Source: a virus
Taxonomy: Duplodnaviria; Caudoviricetes
DNA length: 54,610 bases
IMG/VR virus record: IMGVR_UViG_3300018910_000023
Span: 1 to 54,610 of that record
Strand: one strand, 5' to 3'
Of this stretch, positions 9,786 through 21,532 are shown piece by piece (the first letter of the stretch is position 1; every line of letters starts with the position of its first letter). Made by a program: the position numbers and the translations under genes. Under the pieces are notes generated by a model, which was not told the DNA's origin, made no database searches, and was given only the letters and a program-made list of their open reading frames with translations.

Positions 9786-10061
9786 TTATTCCACCACCTC
9801 AAATGTAAATCGGAAATCGAGCGTGCGGTTGGTACTGACATCCAGGTCAGGACTTCGTTCTGTAATCACGTGGTCTTGATCATCAATGATTTTGACACTT
9901 TCAATGTGACTGACATCTTCCTCACGTTTAGTCAGTACAGTGACAGTCGTGCCATTGATCGTGATGTCGGCAATCTCAGTTTCTTTCCCATTCAACAATA
10001 CCTTTTTGATCCTGCTTTTCAGGTCGGTCGCCACGCGCTCCCTGTAGTGTTTTGTGATCAT
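9786..10061 (-). CDS. Small baseplate/tail protein
   Basis: Translationally coupled ORF between xkdU and tail fibre. Confidence 0.75.
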   Translation of the reverse strand: MITKHYRERVATDLKSRIKKVLLNGKETEIADITINGTTVTVLTKREEDVSHIESVKIIDDQDHVITERSPDLDVSTNRTLDFRFTFEVVE

Positions 10062-10636
10062 GTTAAAACCACCTCATTATTATCAAGTGTGACAGAATAG
10101 CCCACCCGGAGCTCCTTTATTTTTCGATATCTTCGATGATTCATAATGAACGTATCCTTAATCTTCAGCTGTTCATTAAAGCCCGGCCGAAATGTATATG
10201 CGAGGTGAGCCGGCTTTATATTTTCAAGTGTTTCAATAAGCTCTCTGACATTCTGCAGGTCGTCAATGTTGATATCTACATTAAAGCGGTACTCCTTTGG
10301 AAGCAGCCGAACTTGAGCCGAAGGATTCTTTAAAAATCGGTTTAAAGCTTGTTCGATAGCCTGATAAGTAGCCGGCGGAATATTAGATGTCTTCGATATC
10401 AGCCGTAGTCGCCTTATCTCTATAGAATCTCCAGATTCTCTGGCCACATTTAATAGAGCTTCCCACCGATCCAGGCCCCATGTCGCTGTTGTAATGAACA
10501 GCTGATCTGTCAGATCAAAAATATCATTGTTCTGCTGCTCAAACTCCGGAGCCTCCGCTTGTAGAATCTCACTCATTTCTCTGACTTTTGTGAGGAACGG
10601 CGGCAAATAGTTCTCCATTTCTTCAATCTTGCTCAA
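10058..10636 (-). CDS. xkdU: Baseplate protein XkdU (YmfQ/DUF2313)
   Basis: [20 protein letters not shown]. Confidence 0.88.
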   Translation of the reverse strand: MSKIEEMENYLPPFLTKVREMSEILQAEAPEFEQQNNDIFDLTDQLFITTATWGLDRWEALLNVARESGDSIEIRRLRLISKTSNIPPATYQAIEQALNRFLKNPSAQVRLLPKEYRFNVDINIDDLQNVRELIETLENIKPAHLAYTFRPGFNEQLKIKDTFIMNHRRYRKIKELRVGYSVTLDNNEVVLT

Positions 10637-11666
10637 GGATCGTCACCGTCCCAAGCTTTGGAATGTCTTCATCCTTCAGTTCCAAGTTTTTCGTATCCCC
10701 GTTGATTTTCACATCAGCATAATCGCTGACAGACTCCGCGTTAAACACAATGTTATTGATTTTGGATAGTCGGACAATGCTTTCTGTAAATGCAATTTCT
10801 TTAAAAAAGCTTTTCACTTTATTTTCGATTTCTTTTTGAACATCCTCAATTGAGTAATCAGGTTCGGGAACAACGGCGACTTCAATATCAACTTTTTTAT
10901 ATACCGCGCTTTCGACGGTGACCGTCGCCCCAATCGGGGCCTGTCCCTCCCCTTTGCCTGGTTCAGGATCAATATAGTCTTTTACCTTATGGACCAAGGT
11001 TTCCGATGCAGGTTCCATTTTGGCATTCGTAATCACGATTTTAACTGTTCCATCTCCATCCCAAAGAGGAAATACCTTCGCCCGGCCAACTCCGTCTACC
11101 TCTTCCGCCCATTGCTTATAATGCATTTTATTTGCGCTTACGGCTTCCCGCCGGACCCGGACGGAATACCGCGCATACAATTCTTCGTCTGTTTCCTCTT
11201 CCTTGCCTGGAACCAGGAGTTTCCCCATAACGGCTGAATCAAGTCCTGGAATTGTATCGAGAGAAAGGAGAGGACGCCCGTCTAAATTTGCGTTTCCGGC
11301 TTCTCCTGCGGTTTCACATTCCAAATAACCATCCCTCGTATATTTGAAATACAGATTGTCAATAAAGAAGCGGGAACCTACGGGAATGTTAACGCCTTTT
11401 GTAAATTTTGCGGCCCTGACCGCTTTTGTTGCTGGCTGCCTTTCCAAACCAGCTTCAGCGGCCCGCCTGTCTAAAAATTCACCTTGCGCAGTGTCGGCGA
11501 AGACCAATTCTAACACCGTGCCTAGCCAGATATAGGATTGAGCCAGTTCTGCAGCCGCTGGTGCCAGCGCATTCCAAATCACACTGTTTTCCCGTTTATC
11601 AATATCAGCTGGGACACGATCAAGCATACGCTCCATAATCTCATCAAATGTCTGATCTTCAAACAT
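10623..11666 (-). CDS. xkdT: Baseplate J-like protein
   Basis: [33 protein letters not shown]. Confidence 0.92.
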   Translation of the reverse strand: MFEDQTFDEIMERMLDRVPADIDKRENSVIWNALAPAAAELAQSYIWLGTVLELVFADTAQGEFLDRRAAEAGLERQPATKAVRAAKFTKGVNIPVGSRFFIDNLYFKYTRDGYLECETAGEAGNANLDGRPLLSLDTIPGLDSAVMGKLLVPGKEEETDEELYARYSVRVRREAVSANKMHYKQWAEEVDGVGRAKVFPLWDGDGTVKIVITNAKMEPASETLVHKVKDYIDPEPGKGEGQAPIGATVTVESAVYKKVDIEVAVVPEPDYSIEDVQKEIENKVKSFFKEIAFTESIVRLSKINNIVFNAESVSDYADVKINGDTKNLELKDEDIPKLGTVTILEQD

Positions 11667-12084
11667 CTTCGCCAATCACCTCCTCAATCTCCAAGGTTCC
11701 TTCATCTGTTTCAACCGTAAATGATACATGAAAGGCGTCCTCTATTTTATGAATTTCAAAATCTTTGACGGCCGTGATTCTTTCGTCAAAAATCAGAGCC
11801 TCCTCGATCAGTCGCGGGATCTCCATTTCCTTATAAGCATCGGTCGTTTCATTGTCAGAAAGAACCTCCTGCAGTTCATTTCCGATATCATGGCTATAGA
11901 TCGGATAACCATAACGTTCCGTTCGAAGGGCCATATAAACCATTTGTTTAATGGCATCAAGCCCTGTAATGATTTCATTCGTTATTCGGCTGGAATCAAA
12001 ATCAATTTTGTATGTTTTTGAAGTCTCAATGACGTCACTGTCATCCTCAATATCTTCAAATTCTACTTCCGGGGAAAGCGCCAT
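11659..12084 (-). CDS. xkdS: XkdS / DUF2634 baseplate wedge protein
   Basis: LRTERY..YS.DIG.EL..IEEAL.FDERI. Confidence 0.88.
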   Translation of the reverse strand: MALSPEVEFEDIEDDSDVIETSKTYKIDFDSSRITNEIITGLDAIKQMVYMALRTERYGYPIYSHDIGNELQEVLSDNETTDAYKEMEIPRLIEEALIFDERITAVKDFEIHKIEDAFHVSFTVETDEGTLEIEEVIGEDV

Positions 12085-12096
12085 ATCAGACACCTC

Positions 12097-12405
12097 CTAT
12101 ATCTTGTCGATCACAAAAAAAGATTGCCCGCCTGGCATGGCTGCAATCATCACATGGTCACCTGTATTCAATTGATTGTAAAAACGGATGTTTTTTTTCT
12201 CTCCGTCAAGCTCTATTTCCCTTGTATGTTCCCTTAAATGTTCAGCCACAACCAACAAATCAGAGGGAATCACCAATTTGTCATTGTCTCGAATTTTAAT
12301 GCTGAGAGGTGAGGCTGATACGATTTCCGCGGGCATCACATCGACAGGATATTCTGCATTCACGGCTCCGAGAGCCAATTCCTTTATGGCATCACTTAAT
12401 CTCAT
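12097..12405 (-). CDS. xkdR: XkdR / DUF2577 spike-like protein
   Basis: SASPLSI..GD.V..GGQSFFVIDKI. Confidence 0.88.
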   Translation of the reverse strand: MRLSDAIKELALGAVNAEYPVDVMPAEIVSASPLSIKIRDNDKLVIPSDLLVVAEHLREHTREIELDGEKKNIRFYNQLNTGDHVMIAAMPGGQSFFVIDKI

Positions 12406-13385
12406 GATGCCGACGCTCCACTTGGCATATGGTTTTTAGGGACAACATCGATCGTCATCGTGTGTTTTGAACCCTTAAATTCATGCTTGTCTGTATCGAC
12501 CCAATACTTTTGTTTAATGCCGACCTCCGGGATCGAGATGTACACCGGCATGCCGCTTTGAAGATCCGGAATCCCAAGCGCCTGAATGCTTTTCAGCTCC
12601 TTTTTAACACCCTTTTTCTGTGACTGTCTAACTTTGGCCCGCTCTTGAAGCTGCGCCTGGTTGATGTTATCCGATACCGTTTCAACATACTGCAAAACAC
12701 CATATTTTTTTATACCGGTGCTGTCACTTGTAGCGGCCGTATAAGTTTTGTTGTCTTTCTGTCGGCGCATTTTAACGCGTGTCGCCGTATCATTTATGGA
12801 TGTACTGTACTGATAGTCCATAATGTTGACGCCAGTTTCTAATACCCAAATTTCCGATGGGTCCGGCCATGCCCGCAAACCAAGCTTTCCTTTGGATGAG
12901 TAGAGCTGAAAGTTTTTCCCCGTTTGCTTTTTGGTCTCTTTTAGGGCCTTCAAAATGATGTCATAAAGCGATGTGTCGTCTTTAATGATTAGAGATTTAA
13001 TTGTATACCCTGTATTGGCGATCGATGTCTTTGGGATTTGAAAATCATTGGCGATCCGGTGGACAATTTGATCTGCCCGCTTGTTTGAAAAAACATAGAC
13101 ATCTTTATTTTTCACAAGATACTGCAGCATATCATAAGCAGTGAAGACTAACGTATGTTCATCTGGTATCCTGGAAAACACAATGCCACGGAACAGCTCT
13201 TTACCTTTCCACTTGAATAAAACCGTGTCACCTTCCTGGACACTATAATATTTTTGATCACCTTGTTTGACCACGATCGTCGCTTGAATAGAGCGGGGAG
13301 CCTGGTACCGCTGTCCTTCAAGGGAAACACTTTCTGTCACCAGCTCCTGCCATTCCGTTTCTTTTACTACGAATAGTTCAATCAT
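12402..13385 (-). CDS. xkdQ: Baseplate hub protein XkdQ
   Basis: ELFRGIVF..AYDMLQYL; synteny with PBSX. Confidence 0.88.
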   Translation of the reverse strand: MIELFVVKETEWQELVTESVSLEGQRYQAPRSIQATIVVKQGDQKYYSVQEGDTVLFKWKGKELFRGIVFSRIPDEHTLVFTAYDMLQYLVKNKDVYVFSNKRADQIVHRIANDFQIPKTSIANTGYTIKSLIIKDDTSLYDIILKALKETKKQTGKNFQLYSSKGKLGLRAWPDPSEIWVLETGVNIMDYQYSTSINDTATRVKMRRQKDNKTYTAATSDSTGIKKYGVLQYVETVSDNINQAQLQERAKVRQSQKKGVKKELKSIQALGIPDLQSGMPVYISIPEVGIKQKYWVDTDKHEFKGSKHTMTIDVVPKNHMPSGASAS

Positions 13386-13406
13386 ATTTGCTCACCCCAC
13401 CTGTTT

Positions 13407-14066
13407 TCATTGAGGTATCTTTAGTTTCTGGCCGGGAAAAATCCAATGACCAGGCTGCCTTATGTTTCGTTTACTCCGCTTGATCATTGCCGTTTTATTC
13501 GCATTCCAGATTTTCCGCCACTGCAGGCTGTTTCCATAAAATCGGCCAGCAATATGCCAGAGGGTATCCCCCTTTTTTACGGTGTATACTTTCGGCGCTG
13601 CCTTTGACGGCCGTTTCTTTTTCGTCTTCTTTTTTTGTTTGATCTTTCGCGGAGACGCTGTTTTATATTCCTTTAAGGTGATATCAAAATCCCGATCCCC
13701 AATGTCTTTTTGGCCTTCATGGTGAGTAAAGGCATCGATGCTGCAGTTTAAATTGATTTTCGTTCCGGTAACGAGAAAACGAACCGGCTTTTTATTTTTC
13801 ATCCATCGTTCGATCGTGGCAATTGCATTTTCCGGCGAAGGGAATCCCTTATACTCAGCCAAAGGGGAATACTTCTTCGGAAAATAAGAGGAAAACGAAA
13901 TGGTTTTGGCATTCGGATCGTTGATGAATGTGAGCTCGCCAAATTTGGCCACTTGAACGGTTTCATTTGCCGTGTTGTTGGTTACGTCTATTTTTTCAGG
14001 AAGCACGGGGAAGCGCAGCTTTTCCTTCCCCTGAGATAGCCAAAATTCGTAAACAGATTTAGTCAA
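13407..14066 (-). CDS. xkdP: LysM-domain tail tube initiator XkdP
   Basis: [22 protein letters not shown]. Confidence 0.92.
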   Translation of the reverse strand: MTKSVYEFWLSQGKEKLRFPVLPEKIDVTNNTANETVQVAKFGELTFINDPNAKTISFSSYFPKKYSPLAEYKGFPSPENAIATIERWMKNKKPVRFLVTGTKINLNCSIDAFTHHEGQKDIGDRDFDITLKEYKTASPRKIKQKKKTKKKRPSKAAPKVYTVKKGDTLWHIAGRFYGNSLQWRKIWNANKTAMIKRSKRNIRQPGHWIFPGQKLKIPQ

Positions 14067-17000
14067 AAGCTACACTTCCCTTCGTTCCAATGTTGATGTC
14101 CTCTTCTAACTCATCAACTAAGGCCTGTTTAATTTTATCAATTAAGCCATCCACATCTTGATCATTATGAAAATGCTGATCACCATTAAAATGGATGTTG
14201 ATTTCTTTCGTTCCAGACGGGACGACAGTAGCAGCCCCAGTTTGGCCAGATGTGGCAATATCCACTTGATCAGATGACATGCCAGATTGTTGAGACGCTG
14301 GATCGATCACATCAAGACCAAAAGCCTGTGCTGCCTGGGAAAGCAGATAACGACCTCGGATGCCGCGCTCTTCTGGAATAATCCATTCCCGTTTTCCCCC
14401 TTCACCGACACGAGCAATTTGTTCATTTGTGATTAACCCGCCGTTCGCATAACCCTTGTAGCCGCCGCCATTTCGCTTGCTTCTCATTCCCGGCGTATTA
14501 AAAACAGAACCGTACCGAGCTTTGATGTAATTGATAGCGGCCACCGCATTATGAATCGGGTTCCAAATATCATTTAACCCTTTCATCTTATAGGCATTAA
14601 AGGTTGGATCAATGGTTTGCATTAACCCTTTTGATGGCGTGCCGCGCTTGGCGTTGCTGTCCCACAGGTTAATGGCCCGCGGGTTCCCACCTGATTCATG
14701 CATGGCCATTTGAGATAGAGGTCCAAGCCAATTCATCGACGTGCCTGTGATCATAAGAGCCTTCTGCAGCCAGTCTTTTATGTTGCCGCCGACTACCCCC
14801 ATTCCTGCAAAAGCTCCAGCAAGAGAGCCGGCTTGTTTTTCAGCGAAGCTCTTCACATCGACTGAGCTTAAACCTTTCACGATACCAACAGACGCAAAAC
14901 GCCCGAGACTCATCATGACTCGGGATGGGGAGTGAATATCTAACTCATCGCGGAAAGCTTGTTCCACTTTCTTGGCCAATTCCTTGGCAGCTTCTTTTAC
15001 TTCATTTCCTTTTGAATTCATGCCGGATACAAAATTGCCAATCATGCCAGATCCCCAGCCTCTTGATGATTGATTCGAGTCCAGGAAAGGCTTATTGATA
15101 TGGGTGCTGACATATTGGTTTGTACCCGTAGGCGTAGCATTCTGACCAGCCGCAAATCCTCTGACCGTATTCACACCCCAGGAAGAAGCCGTATTCACGG
15201 TGTTTTGAAATGGCGTCTTCACTTTTGACTGCAGGAATCCATCTGTTCCGGTAGCTGTTGCATTCTGCCCTGAAGCATATCCGGCTACAACATTTTTCCC
15301 GAAGGATGGGGAGATTGTCACCAGGTTATTAAAAGGCGTTTGAATGTTTTTCTTCTTCCAGTCTTCTATAGACACAACGTTTGAATTGAGTCCTTCGTCA
15401 AACCCTTCTGTAAATTGCTGACCAAAAGACGATGCTTGATTCGTCATGTTTCCCGCATTTATTGATGGCGATACAGAAGCAGAATAGGAAACAGCGCTCG
15501 AAATAGGTGCAACAGTTCCGGCATTCGTAGAAGCAGAACCGATATCATCAACAACCCGCATACCGAGTTGAGTTGCCGCTTGTGAGAGAAGCATCTTTCC
15601 GCGGCCTCGGTTGTTTTGAGTTGGGATAACAAATTCATTACCGGCTTCGCCGATCCATGAAATGGTTGGTTTGGTGATGTAGCCGCCTGTGGCATTTTTC
15701 TCTTTCAGCTTCAAACCAGTTTTCTCTTCACCGATTTCTTCAAAGGTAGTTTTATTTTTACCCTGCCATAGATCGTCCCAGCCTTGTTTTATACCGCCAC
15801 CAAAATCCTTTGCCTTATCCCAGACTTTTCCGACCCAGCCAAACGCTTTTTCAAACGCTTTAGAAATATCATTGGCTACCCCAACAATTGGATCTTTTAC
15901 ATGTTCATTAAACCAATCAGAAATATCGGTCCAGTATTTGATCACTTTATTTTTTGCCATCATAAAGTGACCGTAAATTTGGATAGCTGCTATAATAAGA
16001 TTTTTAATGATCGGATCCCAGACGTTCTCAGTGAACCATTTCGAAACAGTGTCCCATGTTTCCTTGATCCAATTCCATGCTTGGACAAGCCCATTCCAGA
16101 TATCTGTTGCGGTCTGAATCGCAGGCTCCAAAATTGGATCCCAGACATTTTCAACGAACCAAGTTGAAACAGTCTCCCATGTTTCGGAAATCCAGTTCCA
16201 TGCTTTGACAAACCAATCCCACACATCTAACGCAAATTGGACAACGTGGGACAATATTGGATCCCAAACATTTTCGACAAACCAGGTCGAGACGGTTTCC
16301 CATGTTTCAGAAATCCAGTTCCAAGCCTGAACAAGCCAGTTCCACACATCTATTGCGAACTGAACTACATGGGACAATATTGGATCCCAAACATATTCCA
16401 TGAACCATGATGAAGCAATTCCCCATACCAACTGAATGGTATACCAGGCTACCGCAAAGAAGCCTACGACATTGTTTATAATTCTTACTCCAATATTGTA
16501 TATAGGCGTCCAAACGTTATCTTGAAACCATGTCTTTACGGTTTTCCATGTATCCTGTATCCACACCCACGCCTGTTTAAACCAATCCCACACTTGAATG
16601 GCAAAATCGACAACAGGCTTCAGAAAAGGCTCCCAAACATTTTCTTCGAACCACGTTGTGACGGTTGACCAAGTGTTCTTAATCCAAGTGAGTGCATCAT
16701 CAAACGTTTTAGAGACAGGATCAGATACATTTTCTTGAAACCAATCAGATACCTTTTCCCATGTCTTTTGAATGTTGCTCCAAGCTTCTGACGATTTTTT
16801 CACAATAGTATCCCATGTTTTCATGATGCCGCCATCATCAATCCACTTTCCAATGGATTGTCCAAAGTCTGAACCGCCGATGCCGCCGGCGACGCCACCA
16901 ATAACACCACCGACTGCGGTTCCGACTCCTGGTGCAATTAAGGTTCCGACGGCAGCCCCTGCACTTGCTCCTGCAGCTGAACCTCCCAAGCCGCCACCAA

Positions 17001-19311
17001 ATCCGCCTAATTTTTCACCAGCATTGTCTTTATTCATGCCAATGAGTTCGGTTGCAGCAAGCGCGGTTCCTAAGATCGGAACGCGTTTACCGACTGACTT
17101 GGCCCCTTTTCCTGCTTTGCTCCAGAACCCGCCGCCTCTCGTTTGATTTGGATTTGACGGAGAAACCCTTTCACCTTGACCAAACCAAGGGTTGCGATAT
17201 TCCGGTCCTCGACGGCCTCCGCCAGCTCTTTTATTCTTACCACCTGGGATGAGAAGGCCTCCTGTTCTTCCACTAGAACCTGGTTTGTTTTTTAGCCACT
17301 TGTAGCCTGCGAAAACACCAGAAACAAGCTTCCCAACAGGCTTGAGAAGACGTCCCACCTTACCGATAAAGGCTAAAGCGAACGCATCAGCAAGAAGGGC
17401 ACCACCAACAGATCCTTGACCGGTAACCGCATCCCAATTTAATTTAGCGAGCTTTTTCGCAATGCGCATCGACAACTCAACCGGATCTAAAGCATCCACA
17501 AAGCTGACAACAAATGTCCGGCCGGCTTTTGTTCCAGCATTGACGAATCCATTTTCGGATGATTTATCATCAATTCCGAGCAAACCATTGATAACTCCAT
17601 TAATGATGCCGCCGTAAGTGCTGCCGAGATTGCCTGCCATTTTAATTAAGCCGGGTTCTCCCGTCTTTTTCCACCATTCTCCGAAAACATCCTTCGTATT
17701 GTCGAGAACAATATGCCAGCGGGTTTCAAAATCCATATCCCTGTATTTCTGCAGCTGATCAAACCGTTTTTTCAGCTTAGGATCTTCTTTGAATTTAAGC
17801 TCCAGCTCTTTCTTTTGTTTTTTCGTAAGTTCTCCTGGAAAAAGGATTTTAAACTGTTCACCGATGAAGCCAAACACATTTTTCGTCGGATTCAAGAAGC
17901 TTTCTGCAAAGGCCTTCCCTGCCTTCTGAGCTTTATTTGTAAGGTCTGTCAGTACAAAAGAGTATTCCCCTCGCCATTCTCTAAACGCTTCAAGAGCCGG
18001 CTGAAACGCCTCTGCCAGCCCTTTTCCCCATGGCATGAGAATGGAGTTATTGATAAAGGACTTAACCCCTAAAAATAAGTTTGCGAGGTTGTCAGACATC
18101 TTGACCATCATGTCATTGTATTTGCTGAATTCTTTTGTGACCTGTGGCCAAGTTTTAGAAATGTCCTGTCCGCTCTCTGCTAATTTCTCAAGTTTGCCGC
18201 GGGCCTCACCTGAGATCGCCCCCATTTCTTGCAGGGCTGCCGTCGCATCCCCGATCGGACGGCCAGACTTGATCCCATCATAGAGACGTCCCATCCAAAG
18301 AGCGACTTCCGAGAATGGCCGCTGCACACCTGCAGCCACGTCCCCGACAAGCTTCATCCCTTCAGCAGTAGAAAGGGCATTTCCTGTAAAGACCTGCAGT
18401 ACCCGGCTTGATTCAAAGATTTCATCCCGGGTAAATGGAGTTTGACCAGCGAATGTTGTTAATTCGTCCAGCCTTTGATTGGCTTTAGCTTGGCTCCCAA
18501 GTAGGGTTTCAAATGCAGTCGTCATATTCTGACGATCGGCGACCATCTTTAAAGGAACAACAACCCCTCCAGTTGCCCCGGCTCCTACACCGAGAATTCC
18601 GAGTGTTGAAGTTGCCGCGGAAGCGATCGCCTTCAAGGGCTTAGTCGCAAGGTCTAACACTTTGACAGTGGCGGTCCATGTACGATTCAAGTGTTGGTTT
18701 GCAAAAGACGTAACCCGACGGGCAGGTGCTGTAAACCGATCAATCGCTTGAATGCTTGATCTGTAGTATTCCGGTATTTCACGCCTGGCACTTGAGACGA
18801 TACGATTCACGGTTTTCGTCACCATGTCTACTGCCCGAACTGTAACATTGTAGCCTCTTCCTAGCTGATCTTTGGCATACCTGGAAATACGGCGAATGAC
18901 GGCCGTCGCCCGATCCTTTGCCTCAATAAGGATTCTGCGAGGACCAGATAAGTGACGATCTAAATATCGCCTCAGTCGCAAAATCTGCGGTGTTGCCCGG
19001 TCTACCACTTTCATCATGATTTCATGGGTACGCGGCATCCGTCGTGCGATAAACCGATTCATCTTTTGCATGGATCGGGTAGCCAAATCTTTCACAGATA
19101 GGACAAGCTGATGAGACTTGCCGATATCCCTAAGGATGAACATATGAATTCTTCTCAATGTTTGGCTGGCCTTGTCTCTTACCCGAATGACAAACGGGCG
19201 CTGTTCAGTCCTTTGTCTGAGTCTATCAATACGAACCATCTCACCCCGAATCGCACGTAGACGGGAGGTCATGCGATCCTGCAGATCAAAGCGTGCAGTT
19301 AATTTGGCCAT
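14059..19311 (-). CDS. xkdO: Tape measure protein with C-terminal lytic transglycosylase
   Basis: 1750 aa; FAGQTPF tape-measure motif; Trp repeats; HESGGNP..GLMQ SLT domain. Confidence 0.93.
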   Translation of the reverse strand: MAKLTARFDLQDRMTSRLRAIRGEMVRIDRLRQRTEQRPFVIRVRDKASQTLRRIHMFILRDIGKSHQLVLSVKDLATRSMQKMNRFIARRMPRTHEIMMKVVDRATPQILRLRRYLDRHLSGPRRILIEAKDRATAVIRRISRYAKDQLGRGYNVTVRAVDMVTKTVNRIVSSARREIPEYYRSSIQAIDRFTAPARRVTSFANQHLNRTWTATVKVLDLATKPLKAIASAATSTLGILGVGAGATGGVVVPLKMVADRQNMTTAFETLLGSQAKANQRLDELTTFAGQTPFTRDEIFESSRVLQVFTGNALSTAEGMKLVGDVAAGVQRPFSEVALWMGRLYDGIKSGRPIGDATAALQEMGAISGEARGKLEKLAESGQDISKTWPQVTKEFSKYNDMMVKMSDNLANLFLGVKSFINNSILMPWGKGLAEAFQPALEAFREWRGEYSFVLTDLTNKAQKAGKAFAESFLNPTKNVFGFIGEQFKILFPGELTKKQKKELELKFKEDPKLKKRFDQLQKYRDMDFETRWHIVLDNTKDVFGEWWKKTGEPGLIKMAGNLGSTYGGIINGVINGLLGIDDKSSENGFVNAGTKAGRTFVVSFVDALDPVELSMRIAKKLAKLNWDAVTGQGSVGGALLADAFALAFIGKVGRLLKPVGKLVSGVFAGYKWLKNKPGSSGRTGGLLIPGGKNKRAGGGRRGPEYRNPWFGQGERVSPSNPNQTRGGGFWSKAGKGAKSVGKRVPILGTALAATELIGMNKDNAGEKLGGFGGGLGGSAAGASAGAAVGTLIAPGVGTAVGGVIGGVAGGIGGSDFGQSIGKWIDDGGIMKTWDTIVKKSSEAWSNIQKTWEKVSDWFQENVSDPVSKTFDDALTWIKNTWSTVTTWFEENVWEPFLKPVVDFAIQVWDWFKQAWVWIQDTWKTVKTWFQDNVWTPIYNIGVRIINNVVGFFAVAWYTIQLVWGIASSWFMEYVWDPILSHVVQFAIDVWNWLVQAWNWISETWETVSTWFVENVWDPILSHVVQFALDVWDWFVKAWNWISETWETVSTWFVENVWDPILEPAIQTATDIWNGLVQAWNWIKETWDTVSKWFTENVWDPIIKNLIIAAIQIYGHFMMAKNKVIKYWTDISDWFNEHVKDPIVGVANDISKAFEKAFGWVGKVWDKAKDFGGGIKQGWDDLWQGKNKTTFEEIGEEKTGLKLKEKNATGGYITKPTISWIGEAGNEFVIPTQNNRGRGKMLLSQAATQLGMRVVDDIGSASTNAGTVAPISSAVSYSASVSPSINAGNMTNQASSFGQQFTEGFDEGLNSNVVSIEDWKKKNIQTPFNNLVTISPSFGKNVVAGYASGQNATATGTDGFLQSKVKTPFQNTVNTASSWGVNTVRGFAAGQNATPTGTNQYVSTHINKPFLDSNQSSRGWGSGMIGNFVSGMNSKGNEVKEAAKELAKKVEQAFRDELDIHSPSRVMMSLGRFASVGIVKGLSSVDVKSFAEKQAGSLAGAFAGMGVVGGNIKDWLQKALMITGTSMNWLGPLSQMAMHESGGNPRAINLWDSNAKRGTPSKGLMQTIDPTFNAYKMKGLNDIWNPIHNAVAAINYIKARYGSVFNTPGMRSKRNGGGYKGYANGGLITNEQIARVGEGGKREWIIPEERGIRGRYLLSQAAQAFGLDVIDPASQQSGMSSDQVDIATSGQTGAATVVPSGTKEINIHFNGDQHFHNDQDVDGLIDKIKQALVDELEEDINIGTKGSVAFD
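15990..16760 (-). repeat. ~40-aa Trp-rich tandem repeats in tape measure protein
   Basis: [25 protein letters not shown] occurs twice exactly, with degenerate copies on each side. Confidence 0.8.
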
Positions 19312-19314
19312 AAT

Positions 19315-19497
19315 CTATTTACCTCCCTTCTTTGCCTCTTTCTCTAAAACTTCAAGCTTGTGACCGATAAGTCCAAATAAAAACGCCTTAAAATGTCGAG
19401 GCGCTTCATAGACTTCTAATAGTTGGGATGGAGAATAATGAAGCTCATGCATGCAGTAATACAAATACACGGCCTCCTTATTCCCATCCTTGATTAG
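19315..19497 (-). CDS. -1 frameshift extension of tail assembly chaperone (60 aa, XkzB-like)
   Basis: Slippery A AAA AAC just before xkdN stop; open -1 frame LIKDGNKEAVYLYYCMHELHYSPSQLL...KKGGK. Confidence 0.8.
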   Translation of the reverse strand, partial: LIKDGNKEAVYLYYCMHELHYSPSQLLEVYEAPRHFKAFLFGLIGHKLEVLEKEAKKGGK

Positions 19498-19943
19498 TTT
19501 TTTACAGCGGCTTCTAAATCTTCTGGATCGTCTTCAAAGCCGTTGATTTCAATCGCTTTGTTGAGCCAGTTCGCATATTCACCGCCGACAGACAGCACGC
19601 GCTTGGCGACTTCCACTGGATCAGGAGTTTTATATGCCTCTCTCAACTCTTTTGAACGGAAATCCGGGTAAACAGTAGATTCAACCGCAATTCGTGCATA
19701 GAAACGTTGAGTATCCAAGTCTTTCACACGGCCCCGACCTTTCACATTTTTATAGGTGGTGTTCTCTTTTTCCAGCTCATCGATGCGCTCCGTCGTGATG
19801 GCTTTGAACACAAAAGGAATGACGTTCCCCTTTTTATCTTTAAAACGCTTTGAGATAGGCACCTTTACTTCTTCCGCTTCTTCGGTTTGTCCTGGCATAA
19901 AGAAGGAAAGATCATATACTTTTTCGTTTTGTTTTTCGCTCAT
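19494..19943 (-). CDS. xkdN: Tail assembly chaperone XkdN
   Basis: ISKRFKD..PFVFKAIT..YPDF; lies between tube and tape measure. Confidence 0.9.
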   Translation of the reverse strand: MSEKQNEKVYDLSFFMPGQTEEAEEVKVPISKRFKDKKGNVIPFVFKAITTERIDELEKENTTYKNVKGRGRVKDLDTQRFYARIAVESTVYPDFRSKELREAYKTPDPVEVAKRVLSVGGEYANWLNKAIEINGFEDDPEDLEAAVKN

Positions 19944-20090
19944 GTTTATTAGCTCCTTTTCATTTTGTCTTTAGGCAATAAAAAAACACTCTCAGTGTTT
20001 GAGAGTGTTATGGTAAAATATTCATTGTACATAAAGCTCGGCTCCCTCAAGGGTGGTCTGGCTCACTCCCTGAGAAAGGGGGTGAAGCCT

Positions 20091-20177
20091 ATGATGTCGA
20101 CGTTTCAAAGTTTATCTTTGATGTTCATGTTCGGGATGTTTATCCTGGCATTGTTGACATACATTAAAAAGAAGTAG
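20091..20177 (+). CDS. bsrH: Type I toxin peptide, BsrH/BsrE-like (28 aa)
   Basis: MMSTFQSLSLMFMFGMFILALLTYIKKK; RBS gaaagggggtg; same position as the skin bsrH/txpA locus. Confidence 0.85.
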   Translation: MMSTFQSLSLMFMFGMFILALLTYIKKK

Positions 20178-20350
20178 ACCTCCCTTGAGCCGCTAAACTT
20201 TTAGGGAGGTCCATTTATTTTTCACCTTCGGAGCCAGCCCCTTGACGGGCCCGCTTTGTGTACAATGACTCGACTGTTGGCCGCAGTCGGGTCTTTTTTA
20301 GTATATGCGTTTTCTAAAGAAGTAATACCTCAATCATGTTGTAGTCATTT
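20165..20350 (-). ncRNA. Putative antisense antitoxin RNA for the BsrH-like toxin (ends approximate)
   Basis: Minus-strand terminator GACCTCCCT..AGGGAGGTCTACTTCTTTTT; TGcTATATT -10 near 20370. Confidence 0.55.
20267..20299 (+). terminator. Toxin mRNA terminator
   Basis: gactcgactg-ttggccg-cagtcgggtc-tttttt. Confidence 0.8.
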
Positions 20351-20627
20351 CACAGTCTTATACTATAATATAGCATATTTTATCTTAAAAGCGTACTTTT
20401 GAAAACAAAATCGCCCCAAAAGTTCTCTTTAAGTAAAAATTCAAAAAGTGTCTGTGGTTCTCAAAATCAATCCGACAAAATTGAAGAGCACTGTCTTTCT
20501 AACAAATTTGATAAAACGCATAAATAATTCTTCAAGTAACAACTAATCATCGTGCACTTAGTAAGAGTCTACTTTTTTTCTTGGACTCTTGTATAATAAG
20601 TCATATAACCAAAAAGGAGGTGTCAAA

Positions 20628-20741
20628 ATGAAAATAACACTATATGAGATGTTAAGCTTAATGATCGCAAATAACGCTTGCTTAATCTCATTGTTCACTC
20701 TCATATTGATGTTGACAAAAAAAGATCCTACTAACTCGTAG
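20628..20741 (+). CDS. Second putative type I toxin peptide (37 aa, BsrG/holin-like toxin type)
   Basis: TATAAT at 20592, RBS aaggaggtg, MKITLYEMLSLMIANNACLISLFTLILMLTKKDPTNS, terminator at 20777-20811. Confidence 0.7.
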   Translation: MKITLYEMLSLMIANNACLISLFTLILMLTKKDPTNS

Positions 20742-21087
20742 TAAGATCCAAAAAAACAGAAAGAACAAAATTTGTTGACCGTACGGTGTGGCAGCACCTG
20801 CGGTCTTTTTTGAAATGCATTTAAAAATATTAGTTTAAACATCTTATTGAGATGAAAAAACCAAACTTCGCAATACTTTTGTTTAATGAAAATGTAATGC
20901 ATTTCACTAATATTATTATTACATCATTATTAATTAGTTACGTCAATAGGTATACTTTTTGTCAATCCCGGCCTTCTTTGGTTTCAGTCGGTTAGCAATA
21001 TTCTAGACAAAAATTGAAGAAAAATTGTAATGCATTTCATCAAAAATCAAAAAATAATACATAGCTCTCACTTGAATTGCAATACTT

Positions 21088-21531
21088 TTAAAAAGTGTCA
21101 TTCAATTTCTCAGGAAGATCAAAATCTTCAAAAGTAAACGGCACTTCCTCCTCAAGCGCTTCTGAGTCCACGTCGAGACCTGCGATTTTGGCGGAGTCAA
21201 AATTCACATCAAACAGTGTGACACGTTCTGTTCCGCGGCCGGAGGACTGGTCATCTAGGACGGCCTGCAATGTGAAATATTGATCTTCTCCCTTTTTCAC
21301 ATAGTTCAGCATGAGCTGCACAAACCCGGAGGTAACTTTGTAGAACGTGGCTGTTCCTGTTCCATTTGCCCCCGTTGTTTTATGCCCCGTCATACGGCGG
21401 CCTATGACATTGACCTCTGCTTTGTTTTTCTCCACGTTTGCTTCAAATGTTTTAATAAAGGCCAGTTCTTCACCATCCAAAAACAGACGGCCTTCTTTTC
21501 CTGAAATCGTGTTTTGAGCTTTAAAAGCCAT
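21088..21531 (-). CDS. xkdM: Tail tube protein XkdM
   Basis: ISGKEG..G.G..TFYKV..EEEVPFTFEDF. Confidence 0.93.
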   Translation of the reverse strand: MAFKAQNTISGKEGRLFLDGEELAFIKTFEANVEKNKAEVNVIGRRMTGHKTTGANGTGTATFYKVTSGFVQLMLNYVKKGEDQYFTLQAVLDDQSSGRGTERVTLFDVNFDSAKIAGLDVDSEALEEEVPFTFEDFDLPEKLNDTF

Positions 21532-21532
21532 C

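Noticed and set aside
15990-16760. CRISPR-like or DGR-like repeats
   Set aside because: The repeats are in-frame coding repeats; no spacers, cas genes or reverse transcriptase in the window
19965-20090. N-terminal extension of the 70-aa ORF
   Set aside because: Covers the promoter and 5' UTR; the RBS supports a start at 20091
20558-20902. 114-aa minus-strand ORF
   Set aside because: Antisense to a better supported peptide gene that has a promoter, RBS and terminator
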